From Fimbriosthenelais zetlandica (Eukaryota): a stretch of 64,000 nt of DNA. The notes under the pieces are model-generated. The model did not search any database and was not told the origin of the DNA. It saw nothing but the letters and a program-made list of their open reading frames with translations. A program made the translations under genes and the position numbers. Shown piece by piece: positions 13,771-28,084 of this stretch; the first letter of the stretch is position 1; every line of letters begins with the position of its first letter. Location of the stretch: assembly GCA_977030845.1 (NCBI GenBank), contig OZ365110.1, positions 53,816,001 to 53,880,000 of the forward strand. Direction: 5' to 3'.

Positions 13771-14478
13771 ATGCAATGATAGGATATAGTACATTTTGTT
13801 GAAAATGATTTCCCGTTTTTGTCCATACAGGGAATTTGATTAAATGCCCGAAATCATGGAATTCGATTGGATTAAAAGAGAAAGTGGTCAGTTTCACTTG
13901 GTGCATTGAAAGTTATCTTCGCAGCAACAATAGTGTTGACATGTCTGATTGGGATCAGAAATTCAGATCAAAGAAATTCAGGTTATTTTAAACATTTAAC
14001 TGAGATGAATTGGCGAAATTCTGATAATATAGCAGGAGAATATCACAGAATTTTAACATGTATTTAAAAATACCTCAGTATAGGGAGTAGACCTGTAGGG
14101 AGGCTGGTGGGGTAGGGATGGAAGCTGGAGAGGACGCCTAGCTTCAGGATTGTTAGATCTGGCTTGGTTTTGTGCCAACAAAGCTTCAATAGAAGACAGG
14201 AATTAATTCCATTTCGAGAGCTCGTGAAAGGCAGGGGGGAAATCACAATGGGTGATTGGACTGACATGTACATACAGCCTATCGTCTCCTGCCTGTACTG
14301 CAATTCCATGAATTTTGAATTAAATAGACGGTATACTCAATATGGAGTGGATATATATTGATGGCATCATACTTTAAAATACAACCATCAGACCCAAACA
14401 TGTCACCGTTTTATACCTTGAATTGTATTATTCAGATTAGCGCTCTAATAAGGCTTCATCTTCTAAGGTATTAATTAA

Positions 14479-14674
14479 TTAAAGCGCCTCTAGCACTATT
14501 TCCCCCTTGTACTGATCGAGAGTTCCCAGATTTGCCAAGCCTGGGAGTCAGTATGACTTATAAGATGATTCCCCAGTTTCCCCAGCTAATGCCCATCCTA
14601 GTATTTAGGTCTAACTAACATAGATTGTCCCGAAGTTTAACGTGTATTTCTCTTTAGTGATAGTGGTACTTTAA
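14479..14674 (+). mobile_element. Kolobok-like family copy
   Basis: TTAA-agcgcctctagcact ... agtgatagtggtact-TTAA with the same internal core (ccagctaatgcccatcctag...taacatagattgtc). Confidence 0.7.
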
Positions 14675-15046
14675 ACCTGTAAATTATTTGTATATGCCAT
14701 ATTATAGACTCCTGTGATATCGAAAAGATCCAGTCTCATATGAGCTTTCTGTAGTTTTGTTTGCCCTACTAATTTATCAAATAATTGCATGTTTTGTGTC
14801 AAATCTCAAGTGTGTGTGATTAATTCCCTCCACTGTGAAATGTGTTCACTGGAGAACTTTTTATTCCATATTTCTCTAAATAAAGATCATATTATGTTCA
14901 TCCTCAGAGTAAGGAAAAAAGCAGCAGTTCTGATTAAGTTGAAGTATTTTTTTCCTGGAATTCCATATCGCCAATAATGTTTTACCGTTATTTGTCACTG
15001 TGGAATGCCACGCTCCTGATTCTCTTATCTCATTCCTTGCTCCCAG

Positions 15047-15095
15047 GTTGAGTGGAGTGATTCATTCTCACAGATCTATGGTCTGGAGTCCCCAG
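15047..15095 (+). other. Candidate 49-nt cryptic/cassette exon
   Basis: Long pyrimidine tract ctcctgattctcttatctcattccttgctcccAG (AG 15045-15046) and donor CAG|GTGAGG at 15095/15096. An internal alternative acceptor ttcattctcacAG ends at 15073. Confidence 0.3.
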
Positions 15096-17170
15096 GTGAG
15101 GGCTGGTGGAAGTTTATATTGTAAATAGATGAACATACTCCAGACAGTAACTCTCTGATACAGTGGATTCTCACTGTAATAGCCTGAACCCACTGAGCTA
15201 CCATTTAGTGGTTTTAAATCATTTCATTCCGAGAATATGGTGGCCACCTAGTGAGGTGGGATGCATGGAGATGATTATGTCTATTTTACCAAGGGCAGCA
15301 ACCGATAGCCTCAGGATCTCGGGCCAAACCCTAAAATTAGTGAAAAAAATGCTTCAGAATGCAGACATTAGTGAAGCATCTGTGTGCTTTTCTATTACAC
15401 AGGTAGGCGAAGTACCCACTAATTAGCCATGACCACACACCCTATTATCGCCCACAGGAAATTGACTATTCAAGTACTGTTAAGTGCTGCCTTCCTCTTC
15501 CGGGTCAAGGGTCGACCAGCATATTACACTGACGACCTAGCTAAGCATGGCATCCCATGGTCAAGGTCTCAGAGACCAGAAGATTCCACAAGCACAGTAT
15601 CAACACAGACTCAGGACCCAACCCTCGAGGCTGGTGATAACTCTTCTCATCGCCACTAGAGGGGGTGATAAGCCTCCAGGGGGAATGATGGTGTGAAATA
15701 GTGAGAGGAAGGGTCCAAGAACCTTCTAAATGCTCCCACTGAGACACTTAATAATCGGCTCTTCCAGTTTCTTAGTGGATGAAATCAGGGTTGTGCAAAT
15801 AGCGGAAGTTGGAGTCGGGAGGTTTGGAAACCCTGTTATGCAAAGTGCCCTCAGTGGAAATTCATTAGAGTCTATGCCAATGTATTTACCAGAAATTTAG
15901 CAATACCTTTCAACAATTCTTGAAGAAGACGCCTGCCACCATATCTGAAAACTGGTATAGGCTTACAAGAATGCTTATGATAGATGTATTTTTAGGGAAT
16001 GTACCTTGTATACAAATTGCTGAATCCTATTGCCCCTGAATGAAATAACCTGGATAAACTGGTTAATCCTGACTTAATTCAGCTAGTCTGATTGATTGGT
16101 GATCAAGTAGAAGTTTTACAGACTGCAGGGTTCATCACATACCTTAGCCTTGTAAACACCTTTCGTGATCCAATAGACTTGTTACCTACACTAATATCCC
16201 CTGTCTTTCTTCCCCTTCCCCGCCCCCCCCCCCATCCCTCTTCCCCCATTAGTTTGGCCTACAATCCCCCAGGCCTCCCGCTTATCCCCTTTTCTCCCCG
16301 AACCTCCATCGACTTCCCTATCTCCCCTAGCTTCCCGTAGCCTATCCTCATTCCTCCCCTTTGCTTCCTTCTTTATCCCCTCGCCCCCTGCCTCCCCTTT
16401 TTGCATCCTCCGCACCCAGAGCCTCCCCCTACGCCTCCCCTACCCTCGCCGACTCCCCTGCCCCTAGAGACCCCCCATACCGTGCATGCCTAACGTGTCT
16501 ATATAAAATATTCAACCATCTTCCCCTCATGCCCATTCATCCACTCTCTCATTTTTTATGCATTTCTTTTGCTTTTAACTTTTCTTTTTGTTCTGAAATT
16601 CGTGGCGGCGAACAAAACACGTTTGACCTGAAAGCACTTTTAGTTAACCCCAAGGGTACCCCCGGATTAATTAAAGATAAGCCATGATGATCTTCACCCC
16701 CCGTTAAAGATTATCTTTACAGGCTCTGTACATGACTTTTGATGTATTTTATTTGTACTTTACCATTATTATAATATTCTTAAAATTGTGGGAAGTGATA
16801 AATAATATGAAGTGACTAATCAAATTGAAACATTTTAGATACCTTGATAAAATGCTTCTAATCGGGGCGGAAATGAGAGAATTTTGAAAATCACAGGGAA
16901 TCATAAAATTGATCATAAGATTGATTTACAGAATTCTATCAAAGGCTGAGAGAGATTAAGAGTTTCCTCAGCTGAATGAGGCGTGGGTGGGTAAGTTATC
17001 AGTATTTTACACACCACGTCTAGCAAACATGACAAGTCTGCCCTGCCAGACGAGCACAAGCTTATCCTGACCAAAGCTTCCTCTCCTCCTGTAATATTAT
17101 CTCATCGTTTATTATTTTAGAATTATCTCCACAGCTTGTGTCACTTCCTCACATTTTGGGCTTTTTTAAA

Positions 17171-17261
17171 TCTTTAGTCATTTAATCAGGGAAATGGCAC
17201 ATGATATAATTTAGCTCTCTGAATCTATAGTCATTTAATCAGGGAAATGGCACATGATATA
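17171..17261. repeat. 38-bp direct duplication, period 53
   Basis: tct(t/a)tagtcatttaatcagggaaatggcacatgatata at 17171-17208 and 17224-17261. Confidence 0.9.
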
Positions 17262-17273
17262 TTTTGGGCTAAT

Positions 17274-17329
17274 GGGATTTGGGTCTTGGGATTTGGGATT
17301 TGGGTCTTGGGAATTGGGATTGGGGTTGG
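17274..17329 (+). repeat. GGG(N4) heptamer array, predicted G-quadruplex
   Basis: Eight G3 tracts at roughly 7-bp period (GGGATTT/GGGTCTT). Confidence 0.8.
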
Positions 17330-20244
17330 AAAAAGGGAAGCATTTCAATTTTGGGTGGGGGTTAAACATTTTGAAAATGGAATTCTGGGGAGGGGGTCTT
17401 CTCTATTACCCAGAAGGTATTATGGAGGTATTATGAGAATAGAGGTCATATAATGGAGAAGATAGGTAGACCAATACATGAAGTACTTAGTGCTGGCTGA
17501 CCAGGGTAAGTACTTGATGTCATGTGAAAACAATGTTGGGCGGTCAGTATTTAGTTAGTAAACAAGATGACTACAGCAAGTGACGACTTGTTTACCACTG
17601 GCTCCTGCATACATTCTTATGTCAATCTGCATTATTTTATTGCCATCGTAGACAATTTGTCTTACGTTGGAAATATTGCACTGGTAAGTGACATAATAAT
17701 GGAGGTTTGTACAGTGTCGGATCTCATGCATGTGGCCTACATTTTGATTACTAATGGAGGTTGAAAAGTGAGATGGTCGCTTTAATGAGTAGGCTTTATA
17801 TCTTTGTGAGTGAACTTTGTTCATATATTCACTTATTTTGAATGTTAGAAGTGAACAGAAGTTTAACAGTATTTAATAGTGTTAAAACACTGTTAAAACA
17901 TACATCACATAAAAAACTATTTAGTTCTCACCATTTTAATGGGTTTATCATGAGCTGGTTGCTGTAGTAGGATGTTTTAGCTGTGTTGAACGTTTTGTTC
18001 AGACCGTTTAGTACTGAGATAGTGAACTGATAGCTTTAGTGAGTTGATCGTTAAACGGAACTCAACTATATACAATCACTGTCCCTCCATAGGCAGTAAA
18101 AAAAGGGTCAGTTGAACTGTAAATTGATTATTTTCTTGATGGAAATATTGTTCTTTGCTGTAGCTGCGATGTTGGATTAGGTTTTCTCTGGGAGGTTGGC
18201 CCTTCACATATAGTGGGGCGTGGCCCTGTCAGCGAGGGAGGTGATGGATTTACCACGGTCCAGACATGACGACTGCCACTAAATGGCCAGGCATGAGAGG
18301 CGGCTGGCTAGATGAGATGGCCAGGCCTCGGCATGGCTATAGACGAACGCATGGACTTTGACACTGGGCCACTGGCTGCCCATCAAATCAAGGAACATTT
18401 CTCCACTTTTTTTGGTCAGGCCAACGTCAGGGAATTTGATGGAAATGCCTCTCAAATCAGGGAACAAATCATGTAATTTGATTAGTCCAAAAGCCAGAGT
18501 GGTCAATTTTTACCATGTTCTCCAATATTGAAGAAATAATTCAGTTTTTAGAAGACATTGGGAATCAAGGGCAATTTGCCTTCATTGGGGGTCTTTACTT
18601 TGTGGCAAAGTGAAGACCCCGTTGAAAGGTTAAATCCAGGCAATAGATGAATCCATTGACTTTGACACTGCACCACAGGGAAATGGTATAGAATTTCCAG
18701 TCAAAATGGCCCAAATCAGTGAATATGACTGGCCCAAAAGACATTCAGCCCATTGCGAAAGCAACCATCGTCAATGTAGCATCCGCCCAATGTGATCTAT
18801 TGCCGCATGTTCACTGTTACTGCTATTCATGGCAAGACTATCAGCCCGGAGACTTCAATTTGTTTGCAGAAAATGTTAGGAACCGGGCAACCTTGTTCCA
18901 AGACCCCTGCATGCTGAAATGTTTGATCCAGGGATATAGGCCTGGATGTTTGATACCAAATAGAAAACATGTTTTTAAACCTAAAGTTGCAATGACGTCT
19001 TAATACCAGATGCAGGTAATATGATACACAACTCTCTTTATGTGAGTAAACTTCAGTAACTTGATGATGGGTAATACTAGAGTACCAGGTAGACATGTTC
19101 CATGTCAAATATAAAGCCTTGGTTTTATAGGGCCAGAAAACGGCTGTTACGCTCTCATAAATAATTATCTCCATTCTATGTATGCAACCTGGTGGTTTTA
19201 TAGCATTTCTCTAGAACAGTATAAAATTATATTTATCTATAATTATTATGAAAACACCATGGGTTGTATAAATCTTTCATTGCTAAGCTACGCTAGTGAC
19301 ACTGGCTATATAGCTTCAACAGCACAAGTATCAGTATATATAGGCCTAAAATGTGGGGATGATAAGCCAAGATTTGAGGTATTAACAAAAAAGAAAGATT
19401 TTGCTTATATAGATCGCCTCTAGTCATCTTAGTGGAGATGGATATTTGCCAGATCAATTCCATGAGCGGCAATATTAATATGCTCATTAAAATCTAGATT
19501 GGTTCCATAAAAATGTTTTATAAATATTGCTTCTGTCCTGAGCACAATTCCAGCGTGTTGCAGGATGGGTCTACCACTTGTAGGCCAAGTATTCCTATAT
19601 AATCTGCACGCATGCAGGTAAAACTAACCTGCAATCAAAGGCAACTTTTTCTTCTTTCTTCTCCGTCTACGTACATAATAATATGTATATGCAGCTCCTT
19701 TAAAAACCCTTTAAACAAAGCACCTCTGATAGTGAGGGTTCACTGGGTGCAGCGCACATAGCGATGGTGCCTGGGTGGGTAGTAGTAGGCAGGTATAGGC
19801 CTGTAGACAGGCTTCCAGCAGCCCAGCACTAGAGAGTGAAGAGATAAAATCTTTTATTGTAGGGTAACAGCAGGCATGTGGTGCTATAAAAGCAGTACAG
19901 TACGCTCAGCACAGACATGTGTTCAACACACACAGTGTGTTCTACCTGAAAACCCTGTATTGGCTTAAAACGTCAAAATATTGTTTTTTACTCATAATAC
20001 GTTTTTGCATGGAGTTATTTCGTTTTTGTGCAAGAGGTATTTTTCTGATTGATGACTGGTTTGCCAGATGCTATCTGGGGAGACTTGTGTAATAACTATC
20101 TGAATAGATACCATCTCATTATCCGACCATTAGTAATCTGGCCCGAACACAATTAAGACATACTTACTGCGGCCAACAACACTTTGGAGATGCCACACTT
20201 CATTACCGAGTACACAATTAAAAATACCGTACTCACTAAAGCGA

Positions 20245-20525
20245 CATTTCATTCATTCATCCGTTCATTCAATCATTCTTTCATTCATCCAATAATGCAT
20301 CTAATAATACTATCCATGATCATCCATTCATTCATTCATTCATTCATCCATTCATTCATTCATTCATTCATTCACTCACCCATCCACCCATCCTTTCATT
20401 CATCCAATAATTCATCTAATAATTCTATCCATCCATTCATTCGTTCATTCATTCATGCATTCATCATTCATTCATTCATCATTCATTCATTCATGCATTC
20501 ATTCATTCATTCATTCATTCCATCT
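20245..20525. repeat. Degenerate (CATT)n/(CATC)n microsatellite
   Basis: Repeated ttcattcattca. A shorter similar tract lies at about 61545-61580. Confidence 0.9.
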
Positions 20526-21734
20526 AACCATCCTCGAAACAGGACTATATAATTATGCTGCAATGGCCTTCCTGTCATATGACCACAAGTAGTACGTTTT
20601 GTCGCATTAGTGAGACTGCACTGTACCACAGTAGAATGTGATTAGCGGGCAAGCACTCTGGTAGAAGTAGCCGGGACATGATTGTGAATGTCTGACGGTG
20701 GGAAATGATGGTGTTTGCGTGGTTAGTAGCTGATAGCTGGCCCGGTAATTAGGCACAATGCTTATCTAATCACACCAGATGATAATAGCTCGCCTCCTCT
20801 ACAAAAAATCACTAATGAAACATGAAAAAACTCTACCTGCTTCCATGGTTTGTTTGGTAGGCTAAAGGTCCTGATCGCATGCCATCAACCAGCCAAGTAC
20901 GTCTGTTCCGTTGAGAAATATTAAAAAATATTAATCAGGTCTGCTTGATAAAACTTAGTAAATTTGATTATTAAACAATCGACCTGTTTTCAATTGCATA
21001 TGAACAGCAATAATGAAGTAGTAGGTAAATGATTCTTGACCCAATTTCAATAATAATATTCAATGATAAAATACTATTACAGTTGGGTCTTACTAACGCG
21101 ACCATGTATCATTGGTATTGAACTAATATGTTCGTATATAGGGGCGGTCGATATAATGAGGATGTTTCCATTTTAACCTTTAGTCCTGTATGTAAATCCA
21201 ATGGTTAGATATAGCAGTGGTCGCTTTAGTGAAAAGATATTCTAGCAAGACCCCACTGTAAAAGCCATTAGCAGAAAACAATTAACATAGATAATATTAG
21301 GAAGGCAAGGAATGATACTTAGAATTTAGAGTGTAAATTTAAACGAGAATAGAAATTATTAATAGGCCATATGAACTCAATCTGCTTGCCTGGATTAATT
21401 GATTTTGCTGAATTTGCAAGATCAAATTATTGTGCCGAGCCTCTTCTTTCCTGGAATGATAAGCAGGTATTTACACCTGAAATGACAGGTAACGTATGTA
21501 AAGGTGTGTTGAGCTGGCACCTTGTACACACGGCTTGTAATGTGGATACACAATGACTGACGCTCTGTGCCATTGTTTCTATAGCTATAATAGCAGTGAA
21601 TACAAAGCAGGTTTTATACAGGTGCCTCATGTATTGCTTATAATAGCAGTATCCATGGGTCATTTAGTCAGTCATTCATTCAAATAGACTTGCCGGCAGT
21701 TAGGCAGGAATTCAGTCAGTCAGTCTCCCTTCCT

Positions 21735-21980
21735 TCCTGCCCCTTATATAATCCCTCCTTCATTCCTTCCCTTCCTCATCCTTCCTGCCCTACTTCCATG
21801 TATATACACACTCCTTCCCTCCCTCCCTCCCTCCTTCTCTCCCTCCCTCCTTCTCTCCCTCACTTCCCCCTTCCTCCCTCACTTCCCCCTTCCTTCCCTC
21901 CTCCCCTCCTCTTTACCTCCCTCCACCTTCCTTCCTTACGTATATTCCTTGTCTTCTCCCTCATCTTCCCATCACTCATT
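21735..21980. repeat. CCT/CT-rich low-complexity tract
   Basis: Homopyrimidine-rich (ccctccttc repeats). Similar tracts at about 12550-12690, 13050-13260 and 16210-16480; purine-strand versions at about 26378-26480 and 32540-32690. Confidence 0.85.
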
Positions 21981-24721
21981 CATTCATTCCTTCATTCAAA
22001 ATTATTGTTTAATTCATCCATCCGCCTTATGAATATCTACAGTCTGTTCATTCGAAGTTGATCCGAAACCACAGTACAAATGTATGGTGGTTTAGGATCA
22101 ACTTAGAGTGAACAGACTGTAGGAATATTCATCCCTGTCGTTCATAATGTAAAGAAAATCTGGGTAAAATCACTACCACATCAATCTGACGACCTACTTT
22201 GCAAAATGCCACCAACCTCAATTTCCTGGTGTCATCTGCCAAGCCTATCAAATACCAGCCTGGAGGTGGGGAGAGCTGGGGTAGGAAGGCGAGCTTGGTC
22301 CAGTGAAATATTCAAAGTCTATTGACCATATTTACAGGTGTAGCGGTAGATAATACCCTGGATCCACTATGGCGAATATAATGACACATCATGATCAAAA
22401 TGTCCTTTGGAACGATGTCGCAAATGTTTAATAGAACTAATATTATGATGAAATGCTGATGATAACAGACGATCTATAAAATTTAATTAACTTCTTGCAC
22501 CTTGTCAATTTAAAGCGAATTGCAGGGGCGTCGGGTATTTTACAGAACCGTACGGGTTCAGTTTCAGCTCATGGATTCAGTTCTGTAAAATCTTCAGATT
22601 ATAATATAGGCTCCCAAGCAATTACGTCATGCAATACTATTAAATCCCAAAGTGGTCAGCAATCATGCTAGATATGCGAACTGGGGTAGGTATAACTGGG
22701 GTAGGTCCTTTAGGGGTTTTTGCCTTGCAAAATGTTTCGGTATTGTTGCTTTTCTATGACCCCAACTGCCATATCTGCCACACCACTCACAAAATTAATA
22801 GAAAACAATATAGGCACCCGTCACAAATAGCAAGCGCAGAATTTGACACCAGTGGAGCTAACCCATGATGATGCAAGACGATGATTTCATGCCACATCGC
22901 TCGGTTAATCGCCTATGTGTGGATAGGCCTTAATAATGTAGATAGAGGGAGGGGACAGGCAGGCAGTCTACACTAGGATCGATACCACACGCAGTCCCAC
23001 CCCCCCCCCCCCCCACCTGCCCGGGTGCATGCCTTCACCTCCTAATACCACCAACATGGGTGTTGGCAGGCAGAGTGAGGTTAATGAATATCATCTTACA
23101 CCTTGACAGATTCCCGTCCTCATACCTGCTCCATGCACCACGCCAAAAACAGCCGCCATTTTGTTTCTGTCCATGCCATAAACATGAGCCAATAACACAG
23201 GCTTTATGCATGCAATGCTGAAGTGCATGGTTTAAAAATTCCCAGGGATTTTCTGCTTCGGAAAGGTATTTCATTTCCGTTTTAAGGCCTTGGAAAGTCA
23301 TTTCCGGTGTTCTGGAAAAGTCTTGGAAAGATGTCAAAGCTATGACTTGAGTTTTCACTTCGCACATTTGCCTATCAATTTCCGAGACGGATCTAGACCT
23401 GATTGCCTTATTTTTGATATCAGCAATATGTTTTTTTGTTCGATTAGTAGACTTGTGCAAAATCTGACAGTTGGTCTGTGGCTGTTGGTTTGAAATGCGC
23501 CACAACTGACCGTCGGTTCCACGCTGTTGGTTTAAAAATTAAAAATGCACAACATTTAGCGGTCGGTTGGTCGCTGTTGGCTTAGTGTGTTAGGACCTTG
23601 AAGGAAACCCTGTCGCGAATGATTCTACAAATGTAAAAGTCCCTTGTGGACGTTGCTTGAGACTCGAAAGGTCCCCCATGGGAGGAGCGAGGGTCCCTGT
23701 GGGGAGGCAGAGGGTCCTGGGAGTTTACAGAGACACTGGTACTGGAGCCCGGATAGAAAATCAAAGATCCATCCCTCAGAGCAAGAAAAGCATGGAGAGT
23801 GAAGGACCTCCAGACTACATGGCTGATCTATGTCCCTGTCAATAACTCAATATGTCTCTATACATACAAGGTCCTGATAGACCCTCACGGGATCAAGTGC
23901 TCCCATCCACCAGACAGACCACTACACATCTCTAAAACATATCTGAAAAATCTCTCAGAGGCTGGAAGGGAGTTTGGGAGGCGGGGAAGGGGGTGGGGGG
24001 TGGACTCGCAATCGAAGTGGTAGCGATGGATAACAAGGGTCTGCATATATGTATATATTCCAAAGAGAACTGGAGAATATGCTCTAAAGCCCACAATAAC
24101 AGGATTTCTTTTGAAAAATTCCTAAGAAACTTGCCAAGGAAGTTCGTATTTCAAAGGGTGGTGACAGTCAATAGGGGAGTGGGTACCCCCAGTCTCTGGG
24201 ACAGTCCGTGCCCTCTTCACTGCCTTTCTGTTTGAATAGGACATTGAACTCTGTTCTCTGATTCACAATGAAAAACAATTATTTGAGAATTAAATCTGTA
24301 GGCACTTCATAGGAAGTTAATCTTAATTTAGTCAAGATAAACCTCCCTATATGACAGCTTTTACCTGTATTCCAGTACACCATTTCACCATTCCTCCATC
24401 TGAGGTGAGCGAGGGGGAGGAGAAATTGGCTGTGGTAAGACATTCAACTAAGGTCATTGCTTGCATGCCATACCCTCCCAAGGCATGCAAACCTCTCTCT
24501 TAATTGGTTAGAAGAGTTAGGCTCGCTGCTTTCTGGCTTGCCTTAAGGCAGACTTGACCGCAGTTTCAGTCACTGATGCACACTATTACCCAAAAGTATG
24601 TGTACGCTTTAAAATGGTGGTCATGGGCTAACATTAAGCCTACAAATGTTCATACCCGTGCACTACCATGGTAGGATATATTACGTTATAAATGGGGGTC
24701 GAAGGTTTCAAACACCAAATT

Positions 24722-24910
24722 GGGGTTATTTTGGCTTTGCGAGTGTTGCAATTCTATTCAGGCTAGCCCTTTTGGCTGACTATGTCCTCAACTGCCATAT
24801 CTTCCACATCACCCGCAAAAAGAGCATAATGCTGGCACCCCTCGCAAATAGCAAGCCCCTGCTAGTGCAATTACACTAGAGGCAGTTGCGGCAGAAAATC
24901 CAGTGGAGCT
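24722..24910 (+). mobile_element. Unclassified dispersed repeat, second copy at 37540-37657
   Basis: Both copies carry ggggtt.tttt...tttgcgagtgttgc...gctagcc and agttgcggcagaaaatccagYggagct. Confidence 0.6.
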
Positions 24911-25354
24911 TCCCCAAAATGCTGTCTTTTTTTTTTGCAAGAGAAGTTGCCCCAGATCTGCTTCTGAAAGGCGAGGTCCAAGTAGGACGTAACAGTGAAA
25001 TTTTAACTTTATTTCTTTCATTTAGGCGAAATAAATGGTTTAAATAGTAGCAATATTTGTTGGTGGCCATGTAGCTGACTGGGGTAAGAAGTAAGAGCCA
25101 GCGTTTAATCACCTGACGTGCGCGCGGCCATGTGATAGGCTGAGTGATGGCGTGAGGCCGGGTCGTATATCAATATGGCGCAGACTGAGGCAGATTGGAA
25201 ATGTCGGTCTGTCCTTTCCCCCTGTCCCGAAATGTGTCCATAAAAGTCTTCCCCTTCTTTCCCTTCTCCTTTCTCAGTCTATATATCTATGGTTTGGCCT
25301 CCTCGATAGTCCCTACCTTAAAAGGTAGTTGATGATTATCTTAAATCAACAAAC

Positions 25355-25520
25355 TTAATGAGGGTCCTACCCCTCGTCAAAAACATCAGAAAAATGTCAT
25401 TATAATGAGGACCTTCGGTTCCTACCTATTATCAACAAAAAACTGATCACAACAATTTTAATGAGGACCTTAAATTCCAAGCTATCGTCAAAAAACTGAT
25501 TTGTCAATTATAGTACCTCA
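25355..25520. repeat. Degenerate ~50-60-bp tandem repeat (taatgaggacct...tcaaaaaactgat)
   Basis: taatgagg recurs three times, each followed by a (cg/a)tcaa..aaaa(c)/aaactgat segment. Confidence 0.6.
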
Positions 25521-26375
25521 CAAAGTGTCAGATTTTGAATGTGACCGTGTATTGGATTTTTAGTCATTTTACAGCAAACGAATCAATATGGTTGTTTAAG
25601 AGCTTAAACAACCACCTCTGATTGAACTGGTGCACTCAATGTAGCTTCATAAATTTCAGTATGCATAATGCCTGGGCTCCACTAACATGATGAACTGAGG
25701 TTCTGTATTTTCGCTTGGGACGAGGTCGCAACATAATTTGCCGATCGCTAATCATAACACAAACATCAAAATGATTTGACATTGGTGTGATCTAATCACT
25801 GATCACAAGGTTCAATTGCGAATAATCCATCACCCTGGAATCATGAATTTATACTAGTTGAGGACCCATCTTAAAATGTTGAAAAGTATGGAGCCCATCA
25901 CGGAAGATTTACCAATCTCCAATCGATTCACCTTATCTCATAATCTCCATTTCCAACGTTTTCTCCGTTTTTCTGTTATTGCATCAAATTCCGGCTTAGT
26001 GTACCCCCTACATAAGATGCAACAGTATACCTGTATTTTGAGTGCAAATCAATGTGATGCACAGCAGCATCCCTGATCGACATTTATATTTTATATTTGG
26101 CTTTAAGTATCGTATTTCCCTTTAGGTAGTTTTTAAACATGATCCTCTTATATATCCTACTTTATGTCACCTGTATTGCGTATACTACACTTTATTGAAC
26201 GGCGTAGTTTGTACTTATGAAAACCTGGCCACAACTGGAGCATACATTTCACTTTGAGTTCTGTATGATGAGAAATGATGTGAGCAGGACTTGTGCTGCT
26301 TTCTTTGCTTTTCTAGAACTGCACTGTTAGGTACCTGGCCTTTTCTATGAGTATAAACTCGAGGAGCCGAGGCTT

Positions 26376-26411
<36 letters not shown>

Positions 26412-28084
26412 GGAGATGTCTGTGGGAGGGGGAGAAGGCGATAGGGAGAGGTGGGGGAGAGATAGAGGAAAAATGCAGGTAAAGAGAACGGGCCACTTCC
26501 TCATTCCTGATTCCCAGATCCAAATACCCCAGATTTTATACACTGTAAAAGATATGTCATTCATCACGAAGGCAGTGCAAACCCACCATTCTGTATAAGA
26601 TTGGATTTATTCCATGAATGAATGACCAGGGCAAAATACTTCCCAAACATTTTCAAGAGACTTGCTTCTGCATTATTGCAGGCATTCCTCCCACATATAC
26701 ACAAAATGTTTGGAATTGCACCATTTTTGAGAGTGTAGAGGGGTACGTTAACAGCTGGCTGATCTATTCCATGCCAAGATGAATGCATGCTGGGAGGTCT
26801 AGATCAGATATATTATAGAGCTGGCTAAATACATGCTCTGATTCAGTCCTATTTACATAATAAAGTTTCCAGTTTTGAATTATTATGAGCTGACATATAT
26901 ATCCTTCTGTACTATGTAGAACTCTGGATTTTACTGTGAACATGACTTTTTAACAGTAGAAAGCAATGCACTCTTCTTCTTCTTCTTCTTCTTCTGGCTA
27001 GACTACAGGATATGCTATAGAAAACTTGATATACCATAGAAAACAGGGTCACTTCTTCTTACCGCAATAGTGCCTCAAAGGTGCGAGAAAAACCCCTAAG
27101 GAAATGTCTGCACCGAGAACAATGCGGGTGCCAACCACAAAGAATGAAAGTCTAGGCTACTTTTGCCTTTTTAACCTGTGGGAACATGTACTCTGGGCAT
27201 GGATTCAAAATGTTCAATTGCTGAGGTCAGAGGTAGGTATATGTATACCTGAGAGGCTCTGAGCTCCTCAACACAACACCTGGTCGTCAAGGTTACCATA
27301 ATAAAAATCACCTGACGGCAGCTGTCTAATATATCCCTCAATGTATACGTGAAGAAAGATCTGACCTTTTCTCCTATTTTGAATGGTTCAGTACTAACAC
27401 TTTTTATACATTTTTCTTACTGAAGAACTCTTTGAGCACTATGAGAAGCACCAATAATTTTGTAAACAAGATTTTCGGTACAGTCACTGTCACTTTTCTG
27501 TGTCACTTTTCAGTGTACTCAGTATCAAAAAAATGACATGACATTGCAGAAAAATTTTAGGGCGTAGCTACTATTTTGTTACAGTCTTGAGGATTTCTTG
27601 TAAGTTGTGGCAGAAATGTCACTGAGATTTCACCGAGCTGTGCAATATATTTTAAGACGATCCAGTTGGCCATTGGGAGGTCGACCCAGGTCATCAAATG
27701 TCAGATATGTGAACCAAAATACTATACCACTGTTGATGAACTCCTGTAGACATGATTAGCTGCCCTCCACAAGGTCACAAGTGAGTGGAGATTGCTTGAA
27801 TTTGATGATTACTAGAGTCTTGCAATAGCTTGCGATTGTTGCAATGGCTTGCGATTGAACACTGCAATCAGCGATTTTATTTGGACATGCAATTGGCAAT
27901 TGGCGTCACTTGCAATTGGCGATTCACTTCATACTTCCGACATTGCTCCTCCACCTTGCAGAATCTGGGGAGAATCAGGGTGCTGTACAAGCAGGCCTAA
28001 ATCGTCAACGGCGAGGGTATACTCTCGTCGAGCAATTGTATTACTGGTGGTCGTGTATTTGAGTCTTAGAGCAGAGTTTTGAAA

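Noticed and set aside
15429-15659. YTDD motif resembling the reverse transcriptase YADD
   Set aside because: The upstream QG..LSP motif is missing and the spacing is wrong; likely chance.
17274-17329. Interstitial telomeric repeat
   Set aside because: GGGATTT/GGGTCTT is not a rotation of TTAGGG, TTAGG or TTTAGGG.
23035-23505. 156-aa minus-strand ORF
   Set aside because: It crosses hAT-like subterminal repeat sequence (ttccaagacttttccag...) and other repeat fragments; no domain is recognisable.
24380-24410. ccattcctccatctGAG|GTGAGC as a ratchet site
   Set aside because: GAG is a rarely used acceptor; similar weak AG|GT sites at about 15412, 28987 and 38712 lack good pyrimidine tracts or donors.
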